A program made the position numbers and the translations under genes. Positions 61,831 through 64,000 of a DNA stretch of 64,000 bases are shown here, in pieces. The notes beneath the pieces are model-generated. The model ran no database searches. It saw only the letters and a program-made list of their open reading frames with translations, and had not been told where the DNA came from. The DNA comes from Paramoeba atlantica (Eukaryota; Protista; Discosea), in assembly GCA_977017575.1 (NCBI GenBank), contig CDRNVI010000069.1, positions 387,664 through 451,663 of the forward strand, in the 5' to 3' direction. Every line of letters starts with the position of its first letter. Position 1 is the stretch's first letter.

Positions 61831-64000
61831 TTAGTCACGTGAAACGCGTTCTGTAGAATGCTTTCTTTTTGTTTGTGGGCTTCGCAGCTTTGGTTTAATT
61901 TCACTTTTCCCGTCTATATTTGTCTGAGCCTTTTGGTTCTTGTTGTTTCGTTGAAGTTTTAGACGTTCTGGATCTTCGCTTCGCGTTCGTTTCGGAATAT
62001 TATTCATCACGTCGTTTTTAGATGATTCCTTTGTTTTTATTTTGCTGTCACGTTTAGTTTGAAATTTTTCTTTTGGAGGATATTTTTCTTTTGAAGGATT
62101 GGGGTTCCTCTTTCCTGCTGGGTGATTGTCAATACCCTCACGGGTGCTAATTAGTCTCTTCCCTATCACATTTCCGGAGCATCGCCTATAAGTGACGGCG
62201 TTGGTGTGATCAAGTGTTCCTGCTTCCTTGGAAAGCCAATCCGCTATTTCATTATGGGGGTTCCCCTCGTGGGCGCGAACTTTTACGCAAAACAAATTTT
62301 TCGATCCTGATTCAATTTTGATACAAATGTTGCACAGCTTTCGTAGGATTTCTGGATTTTGAAAGTCACTAAACCCTATCAATCTATTGCGGTGCCTGTG
62401 GATGTGAAAAAATTCCCATATGTAATGCGAATCTGTGTGTACAACGATGTCTGTTCCATAATCTTGGGAAAATTGAAGTGCCTCAATCACCGCATAAAGT
62501 TCAACCGCTGTAATTGTACTTTCAATATCTTCCGGGGGCTTTTTGCTTACCATGACTTGATCAAAACCTTGTCCCAAAATATAAAACCCAGACCCACCTA
62601 CAGATGCACCTTTCTTTGTGGATAGAGAACCATCTGTATATATATGCAATTCACCTTTACGCCGAGCGTATGGTTTGGGACCTTCTTCTACGAATTGTGA
62701 CGCTTTTGTGTTAGTGATTGCAGAAATTTTTCTTTCCCATCCAGATTTATTGAACTGTGTGTATGAAGGTCTTGGCTCCAACCGATCGCGAAGTTGATCA
62801 ACTTTCTTTGCCCATGACGTTCGACTTACTGGATAATACAGCATCTCTGCTGTACTTAAATTGAGATCTTCCGCGCATAATTCGGAGACTGATCTATTTT
62901 TACTGGAATCTTCATCGCGCCATGACATTGTATTACAGAAAACTGGTGAATGTCGTACTAAATGCCCTATTAAACTTGCTCGCTGACATTTAGAGACTGT
63001 ACTGAGCTTGTTTTCTCCCTGATACAATGATTCAAGACGCATGCTTCGTTGACCGTCCCAGGATTTATGTACGCAGCACACTATTCGTCTCATTTTAGAA
63101 ATTTCAGTGTCCATTTTCAGTAAATCGGAGGTCGAGATCTTCCACGTGCTACAACCATAGGAAATAACTGGCATAACTAAAGTTTGAAATATACGAGTGC
63201 GGCAAAGAATTGAAAGAGGTGAGTTCCAAACTGGACGCAGCCTGTGCATAGTATACCACCCAAGTCTAATCCGGTCCCTTGGGGTTGATAAGTTATCTTC
63301 GGGGTTTGTTGCATTACCTAAGTACCTATATGTCTTCACTTTTGGTATTAGACCGAGGGAAGGCAAGACAAGTTCCTCATTTGTATCGGGACATTTTCCG
63401 ATTGTCATCCATGCAGTTTTATTTATTCCCATGTTCATTTTTAAATTTACTTTTCCTGCAACTTCTGCTAATTTTTCAAGCATATTTCCGAGTTCCTGCT
63501 TTGTATGCGCAAATAAAGCAATGTCATCTGCATAATTTACATCCGAAATTCTAATAGCTTTTTCACCTCGACTTTTCGTTCCCGTAGAGTGCGTGACCAA
63601 GCCGTATGAGTTTTTATCAATTGCAGTTTCAAGAACGCGATCAAGAACCATAATAAATATGTAAGGGGCAAGAACATCACCCTGAAGTGTTCCCGTTGAA
63701 ATTGGAAATTCTTCAGTGTTTCCGTATGGAGTCCTGATATATGCTCGTAAATCTGTGTAAATAGACATTATGACTCGTTCTAGGTTTTCAGGGATACCAA
63801 AAGCTTGCAGAGCTGCTCGAATAGCCTGCCATGTAACCGATGGAAATGCTTGCTTAAAATCCACAAACCCGACAACCACACCACTACCCCTCATCGCCTT
63901 GGACGAAATTTCATTAAAAACCGCTTGTGCCCCATTTGTGGAGTGATGGGGGCGAAATCCAAATTGATTAGGACGCAGCATAGATTCTACCGCAGGTTGT
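61831..64000 (-). CDS. Second LINE, RT-RNase H part (runs off the right edge)
   Basis: NQFGFR, FVDFKQAF, GTLQGDVLAP, YADD; RNase H YTDGS, AVEL, HTDS, RAHEGNPHNEIAD; homologous to 50590-54723. Confidence 0.9.
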   Translation of the reverse strand, partial: QPAVESMLRPNQFGFRPHHSTNGAQAVFNEISSKAMRGSGVVVGFVDFKQAFPSVTWQAIRAALQAFGIPENLERVIMSIYTDLRAYIRTPYGNTEEFPISTGTLQGDVLAPYIFIMVLDRVLETAIDKNSYGLVTHSTGTKSRGEKAIRISDVNYADDIALFAHTKQELGNMLEKLAEVAGKVNLKMNMGINKTAWMTIGKCPDTNEELVLPSLGLIPKVKTYRYLGNATNPEDNLSTPRDRIRLGWYTMHRLRPVWNSPLSILCRTRIFQTLVMPVISYGCSTWKISTSDLLKMDTEISKMRRIVCCVHKSWDGQRSMRLESLYQGENKLSTVSKCQRASLIGHLVRHSPVFCNTMSWRDEDSSKNRSVSELCAEDLNLSTAEMLYYPVSRTSWAKKVDQLRDRLEPRPSYTQFNKSGWERKISAITNTKASQFVEEGPKPYARRKGELHIYTDGSLSTKKGASVGGSGFYILGQGFDQVMVSKKPPEDIESTITAVELYAVIEALQFSQDYGTDIVVHTDSHYIWEFFHIHRHRNRLIGFSDFQNPEILRKLCNICIKIESGSKNLFCVKVRAHEGNPHNEIADWLSKEAGTLDHTNAVTYRRCSGNVIGKRLISTREGIDNHPAGKRNPNPSKEKYPPKEKFQTKRDSKIKTKESSKNDVMNNIPKRTRSEDPERLKLQRNNKNQKAQTNIDGKSEIKPKLRSPQTKRKHSTERVSRD

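Overview
This window is eukaryotic and made almost entirely of nested retroelements; I found no host housekeeping gene. The host is probably a kinetoplastid or other euglenozoan. A spliced-leader (SL)-like exon, consensus about AAC(A)TCTTTAACGATAAAGATACAGTTTCTGTACCTTGTTG with the conserved kinetoplastid core ACAGTTTCTGTAC, occurs 8 times. One copy continues into a GT donor and a stem-loop intron, so it looks like an SL RNA gene fragment (23625-23768, minus). Three retroelement classes are present. (1) A VIPER/Ngaro-like tyrosine-recombinase retrotransposon (gag, YR, RT/RNase H; split direct repeats A...B-A-B) forms a near-identical tandem trimer at 2119-16085, inserted exactly at the SL 3' end of another element. 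(2) About 15 full, split or truncated CRE/SLACS-like non-LTR elements (RT, Zn finger, restriction-like endonuclease) fall into at least two lineages. Many begin with an SL exon and end in poly(A), and one lineage carries an Ataxin-2 LsmAD-like N-terminal domain. (3) Two APE-RT-RNase H LINEs are present; one carries 167 perfect 18-bp repeats at its 5' end, inside its 13-bp target-site duplication. Several nesting events can be reconstructed from 8-13 bp TSDs. All calls come from reading motifs by eye; no database search was run.
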